Source: Mobula birostris
Lineage: Eukaryota
Assembly: GCF_030028105.1 (NCBI RefSeq)
Contig: NC_092379.1
Location: 19,445,309-19,509,308, forward strand
DNA: 64,000 nucleotides
Direction: 5' to 3'
Each line of letters opens with the position of its first letter. Position 1 is the stretch's first letter. The translations under genes were made by a program, and so were the position numbers. This document shows, piece after piece, positions 47,042-60,115 of the stretch. The notes under the pieces were generated by a model. It was not told the DNA's origin. It searched no databases and saw only the letters and a program-made list of their open reading frames with translations.

Positions 47042-48557
47042 TCCTCTCGAGATGAAGGCAAACTTCGCATTTGCCTTCCTTACCACCACTTCAACCTGCA
47101 AATGTACCTTAATGGAATCCTGCAGAAGCACTCCCAAGTTCCTTTGCATCTCAGATTTTTGAATTTTCTTTCCATTTAGAAAATAGTCTACACTTTTATT
47201 TCTCCTACCAAAGTGCATTACCATACAATTCTCAACACTTAGTTCTATCTGCCACTTCTTTGCCTATTCTCCAAATCTGTCTGTAGCCTCTCTGACTCCA
47301 ACTCTACCAGCCCCTCCACCAATTTTTGTATCATCCACAAAGTTGGGCATAAAAGCCATCACTTCCTTTATCCAAATCATTGACATCTTACGGGAAAAGA
47401 AACAATTGCAACACAGACCTTACTGGAACACCACTATTCACCGGCAGCCAACCAATGAAAACTCCCTTTGTTCCTTCTCTTTGCCTCCTGCCAATCAGCC
47501 AATGGTCTATCCATGCTTGGAGCTTTTGCTGTAATAACCATGGGCTCTTAGGTAACACACAACAATACTGGAGAAGCTCAGCGGGCCAGGCAACATCTAT
47601 GGAAAAGAGTAAATAGTAAACTTTTTGGGCTGAGACCCATCATCAGACTGATGAAGTGTCTTGGCCCCAAATATTGTTTGTTTACTCTTTTTCATAGATG
47701 CTGCCTGGCATCATCCTGCCTTTAGAATACTTCCTCTTTGGGATGTATCTGTCTTGTGCCTTCTATATTGTTCCCAAAAACTCCAGTCATTGCTGCTCTG
47801 CTGTCAGCCCTCTGAATGTCCCCTTTTCTCAAGAATCTTCTCCATAGTAATAGTATCTTCACACATTTCATGACCTCTGACACCTGGAGCTTGTACCAAA
47901 CTGCTGGTGTCTTCCTCAGTGAAGACTGATGGAAAATATTCATTCAGTTCATCCGCCATTTCCTTGTCCCCCATTTCTACCTTCCCAGCATCGTTTTCCG
48001 GTGGTCCGATATCTACTCTCTCCTCTCTTTTACACTTCATGTTTCAGAAACACTTCTGATGTCCTCTTGGCAAGCTTACTTTTGTATTCCATCTTAATCT
48101 TCTTACTAACTTTTTTAGTTACCCTCTGTTGGTTTTTAAAAGCTTCCCAATCCCAATTTCAGGCTGAATTTGATCATATTGTGATCACTTACTCCGAAGG
48201 ATTATTTTACCTTAAGCTCTCTAAGTAATTCCAGTTCATTGTACAACACCCAATCTAGAATAGCCAATCTGCCTGCAAGCCTATTGGACCTCCTCAGGTT
48301 CATGCGTAACTTGTCCCTTTTGTACAGGTTATACCTTCTCCAGAAGAGATCCAATGATCCATATATCTCAGCCTCTGCCCCCTGCACCAGTTCCTCAGCC
48401 AGGCATTCACCATCCAAATCATCTGATTCTGACCTTCATTGCCATGTGGCAAAGTCGGAAATCTAGAGATTACTACCCTGGAGGTCCTATTTCTCAGTTT
48501 CTACCTTGAATCCTAAAATCATTTCACCTTGTCATTGGTGCCAATATGTACCAAGAC
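47042..48557 (-). mobile_element. CR1 fragments (ORF2 and ORF1) with deletions
   Basis: VMHFGRRNK; MADELNEYFPSVFTEED; LDWVLYNELELLRELKVK; ORF1 RYNLYKRDKL. Confidence 0.8.
47553..47710. mobile_element. Short fold-back (inverted) Penelope pLTR-derived element with a decayed hammerhead core
   Basis: Arms GCCAGGCAACATCTATGGAAAAGAGTAAA / TTTACTCTTTTCATAGATGCTGCCTGGC flank CATCATCAGACTGATGAAG. Confidence 0.75.
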
Positions 48558-51500
48558 TGTGATGATAGTGATGATAGTCATGGATGAGGGCTGGATCTGA
48601 GATATATCTTTCAGGCACATAGCACCTTGCCTAGGTCCGAATCCTTCCCAGCCCATGAGATATTGCCGAGCACCCTGAACAGTATGCGAGTCCAAATATC
48701 TTTTACCATGAAGACCTGTTCCCCCTTCAATAAACCTGGGTGGCGGCAGGGCTGATGATGCTGGGGATAAGGGGTTGATGCAGACAGGTTTTAATTTACA
48801 GATGTTAGGGTGGGATTGACCTTTAGGGTCTTGGGGAGCTGCAAGGTATAAGGCACTGGATTTAGTTTCCTCAGGACTTCGATGGGTCCAGCAAACTTTC
48901 TAGATTTCACCCAGGGACGCAAATCATGAGTGGACAGCCAAACCTGTTGCCCAGGCTGTAAAGTGGGACCCCGTCTCCTTCTTCAGTTTACCTTGGTCTC
49001 CGCCCTCTGAGTAGAGGCCAGAAAAAATTTTCTTGCCCTAATCCATTTCTGCTTGCAGCATTGGCTGAAATCTTCGGCCAAAGGGACCTCAACCCTGTCC
49101 TCCTGTTCTGGAAAGAGAGGCGGAGGATAACGAAACTGGCACTCAAACTATGTGCCAAATGCTGTAAGGTGTTGTGGAACTCTGCCCACATCAAATAATC
49201 ACACCACTCATCAGGTCTTTCTGAGACCAGGAATCTTAGGATACGTTCTAAATCTTGACTGGTCCACTCTGTCTAACCTTTGGCCCAGAGGAAAGGCTTG
49301 CTGTTGCCCCTATCAGTTTAAAGAATGCCCAGCAGAAAAGTGGGGTGTATTGTGGACCACAATCCTTGACAATGTCCACCAGGAATCTGTGGATCCTGAA
49401 GACCAGGACCAGGACAATTTGGGCCTTCTCAGCTGCAGATGGTAGCTTTTCCAAGGCAATGGACTTGCAGGCTTTTGAAAACCAATCGGCAATTACCATG
49501 ATGACCAACTTCCCCTCAGATGGCAGGAGGCTCGCGACAAGGTCCAGGGGGATGTGTGCCCAAGACCTTTCTGGAAAAGGTAGAGGGTGGAGGAGCTCTT
49601 GAGGTTGGGTATGCGCCTTCTGGTTCTGGGCACAAACCTCAATTGCTTACTGTACTGCCAAACCTCTTTCATCATTCTGGGCCACCAATACCTCCTCTTG
49701 ATAAACATGAGAGTCCTGCCAATCCCCGGCAGTGTGGTCATTCTTGACGAATGTCCCTACTGGATTACCTGGGACCAGAAGGAACTTGGGACAAACAGCT
49801 GACCCGGAGGGCCATTCTTAGAAATCCCCCCTTGTGCTTGGGCCTTGTGAACAAAAGCACTGATTCCCCGACATATTTCCACGACCACCCTTGCTTGGGG
49901 CAAAACGGTGTTCGGCTGCTCCTCTTGTTCCAACTCATCAAACTCATGGGACAGGGCATCTGGCTTCGGGTTCTTTGACCTCGGTCGATTGGTCGGGATG
50001 AATTCAAAGTGGTTAAAGAACAAAGACCACCTGGCCTGCCTGGAATTCAGCCTCTTGGCCTCCTGAATATAAGCCAGGTTCTTGTGGTCAGTCCAAATGA
50101 TAAAAGGGTTCCTGGCTCTCTCGAAGCAGTGATGCCATTACTCCAAAACTAACTTAACTGGAAGGAGCTCCTGATTTCTGTTGTCATAGTTCCTCTCTGC
50201 CGGGGTAGCCGCCTAGGGAAGAATGCACATGGGTGCAGTTTACTGTTCGAAGGTGAGTGTTGAGACAAGATGGCACCCACTCCAATGTCTGAGGCGTTCA
50301 CCTCCATGATGAAGGGTAAGGCCGGCTTAGGAGAAAACAAGATGGGAGCTGTTGTGAACTGATGTTTGAGCTCAACAAAAGCAGCCTCTGCATCAGTAGT
50401 CAGACGAAAGTGTCCATGGAATTCTTCATTAGTGACATCAGTGGAGCTGCCACTGAGCTGAAGTTTGCAAACCCCAGGAATCGTTGGACTTGATTGATGC
50501 TAGGTGATGGTGGCCAGTCTCTGCCTGGGTCTTGATAGAGTCCATCTTGAGATTGCCATTGGAGGTGACAAACCCCAAAAATGAAACAGTCGTCACGTGG
50601 AACTCAGACTTCTCCAACCTGACACAAAGTTCATGCTCTAGAAGACTCTTGAAAATGTCCTTGACATAAACAACGCTCTCCTCCATGGCTCTGAGAAGAT
50701 TTAGATATCATCCAAGTCGACAAAGGCCTACTTATGGAGAGTATCTTGGAGCCTGCCATTTATAATGGCCTGGAAAATGGCTGGAGCATTCACAAGGCTG
50801 AAGGGCAGAACCAGATACTCGTCATGCCCCATCAGTGTATTGAATGCAGCCTGTCACTCATTGCCTTCCTCTACATGGAGCAGATCGTATGCATCTGTTG
50901 GTCTAGTTTTGTGAACATGCTCGCTCCTTGGAGCATCTTAAAGGCCATATTCATGAATGGTAGGGGGTAGTGATTTTTGGCTATCATGTGGTTTAATCAA
51001 TGCATAGTTGCAGGCTCCCATCCTTCTTTTGTAAGAAGAAGAAACCTGCCCAGGCAGATAAGGTAGAGGGCTGAATGAAGCCCGTGGCAACAGCCTCCAT
51101 AACATAGTCTTCCATTACACTTCTCTCTGGGCCTGACAGCACATACAATTGACCCTGCGTGGGACAAGTACTGTGCAGCAGGTCTATCGCACAGTCGTAG
51201 GGTCAGTGCAGGGGAAAACTGGAGGCCTTTCTCTGCCAAAGACCAGGTCCTTGTAGAATGAAAGGATCTCGACCTTTTTGGGTGTTACTATCTCCTCCCG
51301 ACCTTCCTGCAAGAACAACTCCTCAGGCTTCTTAGGTAGCAGGGTAATTCAACCGACCTCAGAGTTCGCTCCCTCGGTTCACAAAGCTCCTTCATGGAAA
51401 TGAGCCAAATCAGAGTCCAAATCCCCGCCTGAATCCTCAGGCGACGTCAGTGAGGCATTACAGAGGGTTCTTTCCCTCGTGGAAATAGGTTTCATGGTTC

Positions 51501-51897
51501 AGTGTAAAGCCGTCTTTTCCCTTCCTTGAGACCTAGTGGTGGCTGGATTCCTTAAGATTGTCTGTGAGCTCCACTGACTGTTTGGGATCTCTTTGGTCCT
51601 CTCCTGAACTAGAGATTCCCTCTCTCTAGTTCCTGTGTGATCCCGACTAGAGAGTGTCAGGACTCACTCAGTCCTATTGGCTGGAACCGGCTTGTCCATC
51701 CTTGAGGGCAGGACTAGGTGTCCAGAAGGTCTGAGGCTGCCCCATTACTGGTCGTTGGTCACAGGAGAGTCTGGGACTTGGAACACCATGCCACAAACAA
51801 ACTATCTTACAATGACTGGACCAAGCAATGATTCTCTCTCCCTCCAGTTCATGGATGGGTTATTCTGGGACAGCCAAGATAACCGAGAATCAGGGGT

Positions 51898-52490
51898 ATG
51901 AGTGGAGAGTCCATAATGTCTTCCACAAGAAGGGCCAGAGTTACTTCTACTTCCTGAGGAGAGTGAGATCCTTTGGAGGATGCAGGCCTTTCCTTCACAT
52001 GTTCTACCAGTCTGTTGTTGCCAGCACAGTCTTCTGTGGGGTGGTGTTCTGGGGCAATGACATCAACACGGGTGATGATAACAGGCTAAATAAACTGATT
52101 GGGAAGGCTGGCTCTGTTATAGGAGTCAAACTGGATATACTGGAGTTTGTGGTCGAACGAAGGACCATACAGAGAATCCTGGCAATTCTGGACAATGTTT
52201 CTCACCCTCTGCATGCCACCTTGGCTGAACAGAGGAGCACTTTTAGTGATAGACTGAGACAAGTGTGCTGCTGTAAACAGAGCTACATGTGGTCATTCTT
52301 ACCCTTCACCGTTGGGCTCTATAAAGAGTCAGCCTATTGCCAGGGAAGTGATGACCCCCTCCTGTTAGACTGTTGGAGGTAACTCATTTTTTATTCTTTC
52401 TATTTCTAGTATTTATATCTGTGCACTTGTAATGCTAATGTGACACTGTAATTTCCTTTGGGATCAATAAAGTATCTATGTATTTATCCT
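51898..52490 (+). mobile_element. Rex1/Babar-type LINE 3' fragment nested in Gypsy B pol
   Basis: ORF KKGQSYFYFLRRVRSFG...FYQSVVASTVFCGVVFWG. The tail is GGGATCAATAAAGTATCTATG. Confidence 0.85.
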
Positions 52491-53820
52491 CATCTGCAAA
52501 TCCACAGTCTGTTGCTGGATACATCTAGAACCTAGAGGGCAACCGTCCAAGATGGTTGCGGACATGGGTTGACTCAACTCTTGGAATAGTATGTCGAAAC
52601 AATGGGCTGTTGTTAAATCCAGAAAATTACCTGCTGCCCCATAGAACACAAAAGCCCTCACCTGCCTTAAGTTGTTACCCTGGAAAACTCTGCCTTCAGC
52701 ACGAACCCAGAATCAATGGGAAGGGAGCAGTGACTGCTGCCATCACAGTCCTCCCGATACTGGACGGTCTTAGCCTGGAACATTGGGCCCGCTGGTGACA
52801 TATTTCCCTGCAGTTAAACCAGCGATCTTGATTCCAATGCTGGATCTCTCATCGACAGAGAGAAGCACAGTCGACCTGTGTGAGTTCAACTGGATCTTGA
52901 GCAGGCGACTGGCTGATTATGGTCCGAGGTTGGGAGTGGAACTGCGGTGTGTCGGGACCAGCTCTCTTCACTTTCCTGAAGTGGTCCCACTTTCGCTCTC
53001 CAAGACGATTATCGAGATGGGTGGACTGGTCAATCAGACCCTCTGAGTTCTTTGCTGGCTCTCCTAAGGCAAGCGAATCCTTCAATTTATTTTGGAATCC
53101 ATGGTGTTATAGCATGGCCAAAACCTTCCAGTTCCAACGACTGTCCTGAGCCAAAGTCCAAAATTCAGTTGTATAGTCAGCCGCAGACTATACCACCTGT
53201 TGAATCTTCATCGGGCGGTCCGAGGCTTGCTGGCTCTGGTGAAGTAATTAAGCACCTTCCTCATGGCTGCCATGAATTACTTTGAATCCGAGCAGATTTC
53301 TGACCAATGTTCCCAGTGCGCAGTAGCCCAGGCCGGGGTCTTCCAGTCAGGAGAGAGATAATGAAGGCCACTTCTCCGTGCTCTGAAGGGAACGGGGATG
53401 GCTGTAGTTTAAATACTCATGAGTATTGTGTGAGGAAGCCGTGGCAAGAACCTGGGTACTATCGAATCTCTCCGAGGTTGGAAGAACCGACTGGCTCTCC
53501 TGAGTAACCTTGGCTTCCTACTTGTGAAAGTTGATGAACGGCTACCTGGAGGTTATGAATCTCCAGGACTTGTCTGGAAATCCTTTCAGTGTGGCTGACC
53601 AGAGTGGACGAAAGATTCTGATATCCCACTGGGTACATGTTGGCTTAATCGTACTGTGATGAGAGTCCTTGATGAGGACGGTTTGGACCCAGTTGCTGTG
53701 GTATGTGTAGCAAGGTTCAAGACACGGTATCAAACTAGATCTGAGCACGAAACAAACACTAGATGATATCACGAGTCAGTTTACGATTGAGCACTGAAGC
53801 TCCAACCCGTTGTTCCTTAC

Positions 53821-53996
53821 AAACAAGAGAAAATCTGCAGATGCTGGAAATCCAAGCAACAGGCACAAAATTCTGGAGGAACTCAGCAGACCCCTCATCG
53901 TGATGAAGGGTCCTGACCTGAAACATTGACTATACTCCTTTCCATAGATGCTGCTTGGCCTGCTGAGTTCCTCCAGAATTTTGTGTGTGTTGCTTG
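53821..53996. mobile_element. Short fold-back Penelope pLTR-derived element inside the Gypsy LTR
   Basis: Arms GCAACAGGCACAAAATTCTGGAGGAACTCAGCAG / CTGCTGAGTTCCTCCAGAATTTTGTGTGTGTTGC surround a decayed hammerhead GTGATGAAGGGTCCTGACCTGAAACATTGAC. Confidence 0.8.
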
Positions 53997-54194
53997 ATGA
54001 TATCACAAATAGGCTTACGATTGAACACCAAACATCTGTTCAGCTGCTCATTATATCGTCAATCCTTGTCACCAAAACCAGGATTACCAATTAGTGGGAC
54101 TATCCTGAACCTGAGCCAGCTATCCATTCTCCAGAGTGTTAGCACATTTAAATCCCAGAAGCTGGTGAGCTTGGGAGTGTCTCATAACAAAAAC

Positions 54195-54900
54195 TTCTGG
54201 CTACGCACACTCACCCTTGAGAATGCCATGTTCATAATCTGAGACATCCCTGATCCTGGCAGCAAGGATGCAACATACCATCTGTGTGTCTCTATCGCAC
54301 CCGTAGAAACTCATCTCTGTTCCTCTGACCAAGGAATCTCCTATCATAACTGCAGCCCTTTTCACCTCTCTGCTCTTCTGAGCCACATCACCAGACTCAA
54401 TGCCAGAGGCCTGGTCACTTTGGCTCTCCCCCAGTAGGTCGTCCCCCTCAATACTATCTAAAGGTATACTTACTATTGAGGGGAACAGCCACAGGTGTTC
54501 TCTGCACTGGCTGTACATTTCCCCTCCTTCTCCTGACAGTCACCCAGTTACATGTCTCCTGCAATTTTCAGGTAATTACCTCCGTGTAGCTCCTGTCTGT
54601 CACCTCCTCATTCTCCTGTATGAGTCGAATGTCATTGAGCTGCAGCTCCAGTTCCTTAATACATTCTCTCAGTTGCTGCAACTTGGTGCACTTGGTGCAG
54701 GTGTGTTCACCTGGGAGACTGGAGTCTCCCAGACTTCCCACATCCCACACAGGCTGCAAAACCCTGTCCTTGGAGCCATTCTTACTAAACTACCATGCCC
54801 TAATCGATGAGGAATGAAAAAATGAGAATGGAAAGAGAGAAACTGTATGATCTTATGGAAGCTGGAGCAGGGACGAAATGGAGGAAATTCATGAGATATA
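54195..54900 (-). mobile_element. CR1 ORF1 (zinc finger plus SGNH/GDSL esterase)
   Basis: CTKCTKLQQLRECIKELELQLNDIRLIQE and VMIGDSLVRG..CC..ARIRDVSD. It continues the ORF1 interrupted by Gypsy B. Confidence 0.85.
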
Positions 54901-57357
54901 ATCTCCCACACACACAGCCTTGCTGATTAATCCTAACCTACCCCATTTTTTTGAAATTTCTCTTAATCCTCAGAACTCCTCCATTAAAACCATAAGGTAT
55001 AGCCGTCGAATTATGCCATTTTAGCCCATCGAGTCTGCTTCACCTTTTCATCTTGGTTAATCCATTTTCCCTCCCAGCCCCAATCTCCTGCCTTCTCCCC
55101 ATATCCCTTCAGGCCCTGACTAACCAAGATTCTATCAACCTTTGCCTTGAATATACCAAAAGACTTCGCCTCCGCAGCCACCTGTGGCAGTGAATTCCAC
55201 ACATTCACCACTCTCTGCTGATAGAAATTCGTCCTCATCTCCATTCTAAAAGGGTACCCTTCTATTCAGAGGCTGTATCCTCTGGTCTTAGTCTCTGCCA
55301 CCATAGGAAACATCCTCTCCACATCCACTCCATCGAGTCTTTTCAACAATCGTCCTGTTTCAATGAGGTCACCTCTCATTCTTCTCAATTCCACTGGCCA
55401 CAGGACTGAAGCCATCCATGGTCAACGACAAGCCTTTCAATCCCGGAATAATTTTCATGAATCTTCTTTGACCCTCTCCAATATCACCACGACTGTTCTT
55501 AGATAGGGGGCCTAAAATTGCTGACAATACCCCAAATTGGCCTCACCAGTGCTTTCTGAAGTCTCAACATTACATCTTTGCTTTTATAAGACCATAAGAC
55601 ATGGGAGCAGAATTAGGCCATTTGGTCCATTGAGTCTCCTCCGCCATTCAATCATGGCTGATCATTTTTTCCCTCCTGCCCAACACTAGTTCCCAGCCTT
55701 CTCCCTGTAACCTTCGATGCCATGGACAAGCAAAAACCTATCAATCTCTCTCTTAAATAGACCCAACAACCTGGCTTCCACAGGTGCATGTGGCAACAAA
55801 TTCCACAAATTCACCACCCTTTGGTGAAAGAAATTTCTCTGCATCACTGTTTAGAAAGGGCGCCCCTCTATCCTGAGGCTGTGCCCTCTTGTCCTGGACT
55901 CTCCCACCATGGGAAACATCCTTTCCACATCTACTCTGTCTAGGCCTTTCAACATTCAAAAGGTTTTAATGAGATTCCCCCTCATCCTTCTGAACTCCAG
56001 TGACTACAGACCCAGAGCCATCAAATGTTCCTCGTATGATAACCCTTTCATTCCTGGAATCATCCTTGTGAACCTCCTCTGGACCCTCTCCAATGCCAGC
56101 ACATCTTTTCTAAGATGAGGGGCCCAAAACTGTTCACACTACTCAAGGTGAGGCCTCACCAGTGCCTTATAAAGCCTCAGCATCACACACTGGCTCTTGT
56201 ATCCGAGACATCTTGAAATGAATGCTAACATGGCATTTGCCTTCCTCACCATCATCTCAACCTGCATGTTAACCATCAGGGTGTTCTGCACAAAGACTCC
56301 CAAGTCCCTCTGCATCTAGTTTCCTGGATTTTCTCCCCATTGTGAAAATATTCCACACATTTATTTCTACTACCGAAGTGCATGACCATGCATTTCCAAC
56401 ATTGTATTTCATTTGCCACTTCCTTGCCCATTCTCCTAATCTGTCCAAGTCCAGCATCCCACCTGTTTCCTCAACACTACCTGCCCCTCCACCAAGCTTC
56501 ATATCATTTGTAAACTTGGCAACAAATCCATCTATTCTATCATCTAAATCATTTATATACAGCATAAAAAGGAGTGTTCCCAACACGGACCCCTGCGGAA
56601 CACCACTAGTCACTGGCAGCTAACCAGAAAAGGATCCGTTTCTTCCCACTCGCTGCCTCCCTATCTATCAGCCAATGCTCTAACCATGTTTGTAACTCTC
56701 CTGAAATACTATGGGCTCTTAACTTGGTAAGCAGCTTCATATGCGGCACCTTATCAAACTCCTTCTGAACGTCCAAATATACAACATTCATTGCATCATC
56801 CCCTTTATCTCTCCTACTCATAATCTGCTCAAAGAATTCCAACAGGTTTGTTGAGCAGGATCTTCCTGGAATGAAACCATGCTGACTTTGTACTATTTTG
56901 TCTGTGTCGCCAAGTACTCCATCACCTCATCCTTAACAATTGACTCTAACATCTTCCCAACCACTGAGGGATATAATTTCCTTTCTGTTGCCTTCCTGCT
57001 TTCTTAAAGAGTGGAGTGACATTTGCAGTTTTCCAGTCCTCTTGCACCATGCCAGAGTCCAATGATTTCTGAAAGATTATTTCTAATGCCACCACAATCT
57101 CTAACGCTACCTCTTTCAGAACCTTAGGATGCAGTTCATCTGGTCTGGGTGACTTATGTAGCTTCAGGTCTTTCAGCTTTTCGAGCACCTTCTCTCTTGT
57201 AATTGTAACTGCACCCAGTTCTCTTCCTTAACACACTACAACATCAGGCATACTGCTAGTGTCCTCTACAGTGAAGACTGATGCAAAGTATCTAGTTCAT
57301 CAGCAATCTCCTTGTCCCCCATTTATACTTATCCTGCCTCATTTTCTTGTGATCCTA

Positions 57358-57460
57358 AATAGTCATAGTCATACTTTATTGATCCCGAGGGAAATTGGTT
57401 TTCGTTACAGTTGCACCATAAATAATTAAATAGTAATAAAATAAAATAAAAATAAAATCC
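57358..57460 (-). mobile_element. Very short Rex1/Babar-type 3' tail insertion
   Basis: ATAGTCATAGTCATACTTTATTGATCCCGAGGGAAATT is the reverse of the tail type at 52450-52490. Confidence 0.6.
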
Positions 57461-58829
57461 ACTCTCATTTCTCTTTTATTTTTAAAATACTTGAAAAAAC
57501 TTTTCCTATCCACTTTGATATTATTTGCTAGCTTGCTTTCATATTTCATCTTTTCCTTCTCATGATTTTTAGTTGCTCTCTGTAGGTTTTTAAAAATTTC
57601 CCAATCCTCTATCTTCCCACTAGTTTTTGATTTGTTGTATGCCCTTTCTTTTGCTTTTACAATGGCTTTGACTTCCCTTGTCAGTCACTGTTGTACTATT
57701 TTACCATTTGATTATTTATTCAGTTTTGGAATAGATGTGTCCTGCACCTTCCTCATTTTTCCCAGAAAGTCACTCCATTGCCACTCTGCCTGCAGCTCCT
57801 TCCAATTTACTTTGGCCAACTCCTCTATCATACCACTGTAATTTTCTTTACTCCACTGAAATACTGCTACATCAGACTTTACTTTATCCCTATCAAATTT
57901 CAAGTTGAACTCAATCATATTGTGATCACTGGTTCCTAAGGGTTCTTTTACCTTAAGCTCTCTAATCGCCTCTGGTTCATTACATAACACCCAATCCAGT
58001 ATAGCTGATCCCCCAGTAGGCTCAGCTGCTCTAAAAATCTATCTCTTAGGCATTCGACAAACTCACTCTCTTGAGATCTATTACCAACCTGATTTTCCCA
58101 ATCGACCTGCATGTTAAAATCCCTCAGACAATCACAACATTACCCTTTTGACTCGCCTTTTCTAGTTCCTGTTGTAACCTGTAGTCCACCTCTCAGCCAC
58201 TGTTGGGAGGCCTGTATATAACTGCCATCAACGTCCTTTTACCCTTGCAGTTTCTTAACTCAACCCACAAGGATTCAACATCTTCCGATCTTATGTCACA
58301 TCTTTACATTGATTTGATGTCATTCTTTACCAGTAGAACCACACCACCCCCTCTGCCTACTTTCCTATCCCTCCGATATAACGTGTAACCTTGGAAATTC
58401 AACTCCCAACTACAACCAACCTTCAGCCACGACTCAGTGATGGCCACAACATCATACCTAGCCATCTGTAATATTACGACAAGATCATCTACATTGTTTC
58501 TTATACTACGTGCATTTTGAGTACCGTATTTACTATCCTTTCTGATTCTGCATCCCTAAAGATTTGATACTCAGCCTGTTTGGTGCAACTACATCCCATC
58601 ACCTTCCTGCCTTTCCTAACAGTCTGACTGCACGCAATCTTCACTTTTTTACCATCTGTCCTATCCTGAATCCCTTCACTCTGGTCCCCACCCTCCCTAA
58701 CAGCTGTAACAAACCTGCCTGCGAGAATATGAGTCACCCTCGGGCTCAGGTGCAAGCCGTCACTTTTGAGCAGGTCATACCTACGCCAGAAGAGATCCCA
58801 GTGGTCCAAGAACCTGAAGCCCTGCCGCC

Positions 58830-59527
58830 TGCTGGCTGTGGATTACAGCAGGAATGGAGGCAGGCTAACCACTATTGACATCAATGGATCTGGGATTGAG
58901 AGGGTAAACAGCTTTAAGTTCCTCAGCACCCACATCACCGAGGACCTCACGTGGTCTGTACAGACCAGCTCTGTGGTGAAAAAGGCATTGCAGGGCCTCT
59001 TTCACCTCAGACGATTGAGGAAGTTTGGTATGGGCCCCCAAATCCTCAGAACCTTCTACAGGGGCACAATTGAGAGCATCCTGACTGGCTGCATCACTGC
59101 CTGGTATGGGAACTGTACCTTCGTTAATCGCAGGAATCTGCAGACAGCTCAGCGCATCTGCAGTTGTGAACTTCCCATGATTCAGGACATTTACAAAGCC
59201 AGGTGTGTGAAAAGGGCCTGTAGGAGCATTGGGACCTGAGTCATCCCAACCAGAATCAATTCCAGCTGCTACCATCCAGGAAACTGTACCGCAGCATAAA
59301 AGCCAGGACCAACAGGCTCTGGGACAGCTTCTTCCACCAGGCCATCAGACTGATTAACTCATGCTGATCTGAGTGTATTTCTATGTTTCATTGACTGTTC
59401 TATTTATTATAAATTATTATAAATTACTGTGATTGAACATTTCACATTTAGACAGAGATGTAACACAAAGATTTTTATTCCTCATGTATGTGAAGGATAT
59501 AAGAAATAAAGTCAATTCAGTTCAATT
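58830..59527 (+). mobile_element. Rex1/Babar-type LINE 3' fragment
   Basis: FKFLSTHITEDLTWS...LFHLRRLRKFG...FYRGTIESILTGCITAWYGNC. The tail is AATAAAGTCAATTCAGTTCAATT. Confidence 0.88.
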
Positions 59528-59659
59528 ATCAGCCACGCATTTATCTGCCAGATCATCCTGTTTCTACCCTCACTGACGTGTGGCACAGGCAGCAATCCAG
59601 AAAATACTACCTGGGAGGTCCTGCTTCTCAGCTTTCTACCTAGCTCTCTAAATTCTCTT

Positions 59660-60115
59660 TTCAGAATCAGAATCAGAATCAGGTTTATTATCACCAGCAT
59701 GTGACATGAAATTTCTTAATTTAGCAGCAGCAGTTCAATGCAATACATAATCTAGCCAAGAAATAATAATATTTATTGTATTTTATTATTATTATAATAA
59801 GTATTATAATAATCTAAGTATTATATATTCTTTATACTTTATTGTTGCCGAACAATTGGTACTAGAACGTACAATCATCACAGTGATATTTGATTCTGTG
59901 CTTCACATTCCCTGGATTACAAATATTAAATATTAAAAATGTTAAAAATAGTTAAATTAGTAAATATTACAAATTTAAATTATAAATCATAAATAGAAAA
60001 TAGAAAAATGGGAAGTAAGGTAGTGCAAAAAAACCGAGAAGCAGGTCCGGATATTTGGAGGGTTCAGCCCAGATCCGGGTCAGGATCCGTTCAGCAGTCT
60101 TATCACAGTTGGAAA
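59660..60115 (-). mobile_element. Two Rex1/Babar-type 3' tails; the second is of the young family at 38821-39545
   Basis: (CAGAAT)n GGTTTATT tail at 59661. 59830-60115 is the reverse complement of ~39250-39545. Confidence 0.8.

Larger units (their letters stand above)
48558..54189 (-). mobile_element. Ty3/Gypsy chromovirus copy B, near full-length and degenerate
   Basis: 5-bp TSD AAGAC (48553-57) / AAAAC (54190-94) and a 5' LTR at 53655-54189. Gag PERFDS..GSCHGFLTQ...AFIISLLTG...WATAHW; knuckle WFNCREICHQRAQC; protease AFVFYGAAGNFLD; RT, RNase H ([15 protein letters not shown]) and integrase; C-terminal chromodomain remnant at ~48590-48720. The 3' LTR is almost entirely deleted. Confidence 0.92.
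54990..59660 (-). mobile_element. CR1 3' fragment (54990-55590) followed by a long CR1 copy (ORF2 and end of ORF1, ~55590-59660) with small nested insertions
   Basis: Tail ACCATAAGACATGGGAGCAG at 55591; GVPQGSVLGTLLF, KFTNDMKLGG, DVQKEFDKVPH, SPRPDELHPKVLKE and LGTSDHNMIEF; ORF1 FWRRYDLLKSDGLHL. Confidence 0.9.
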
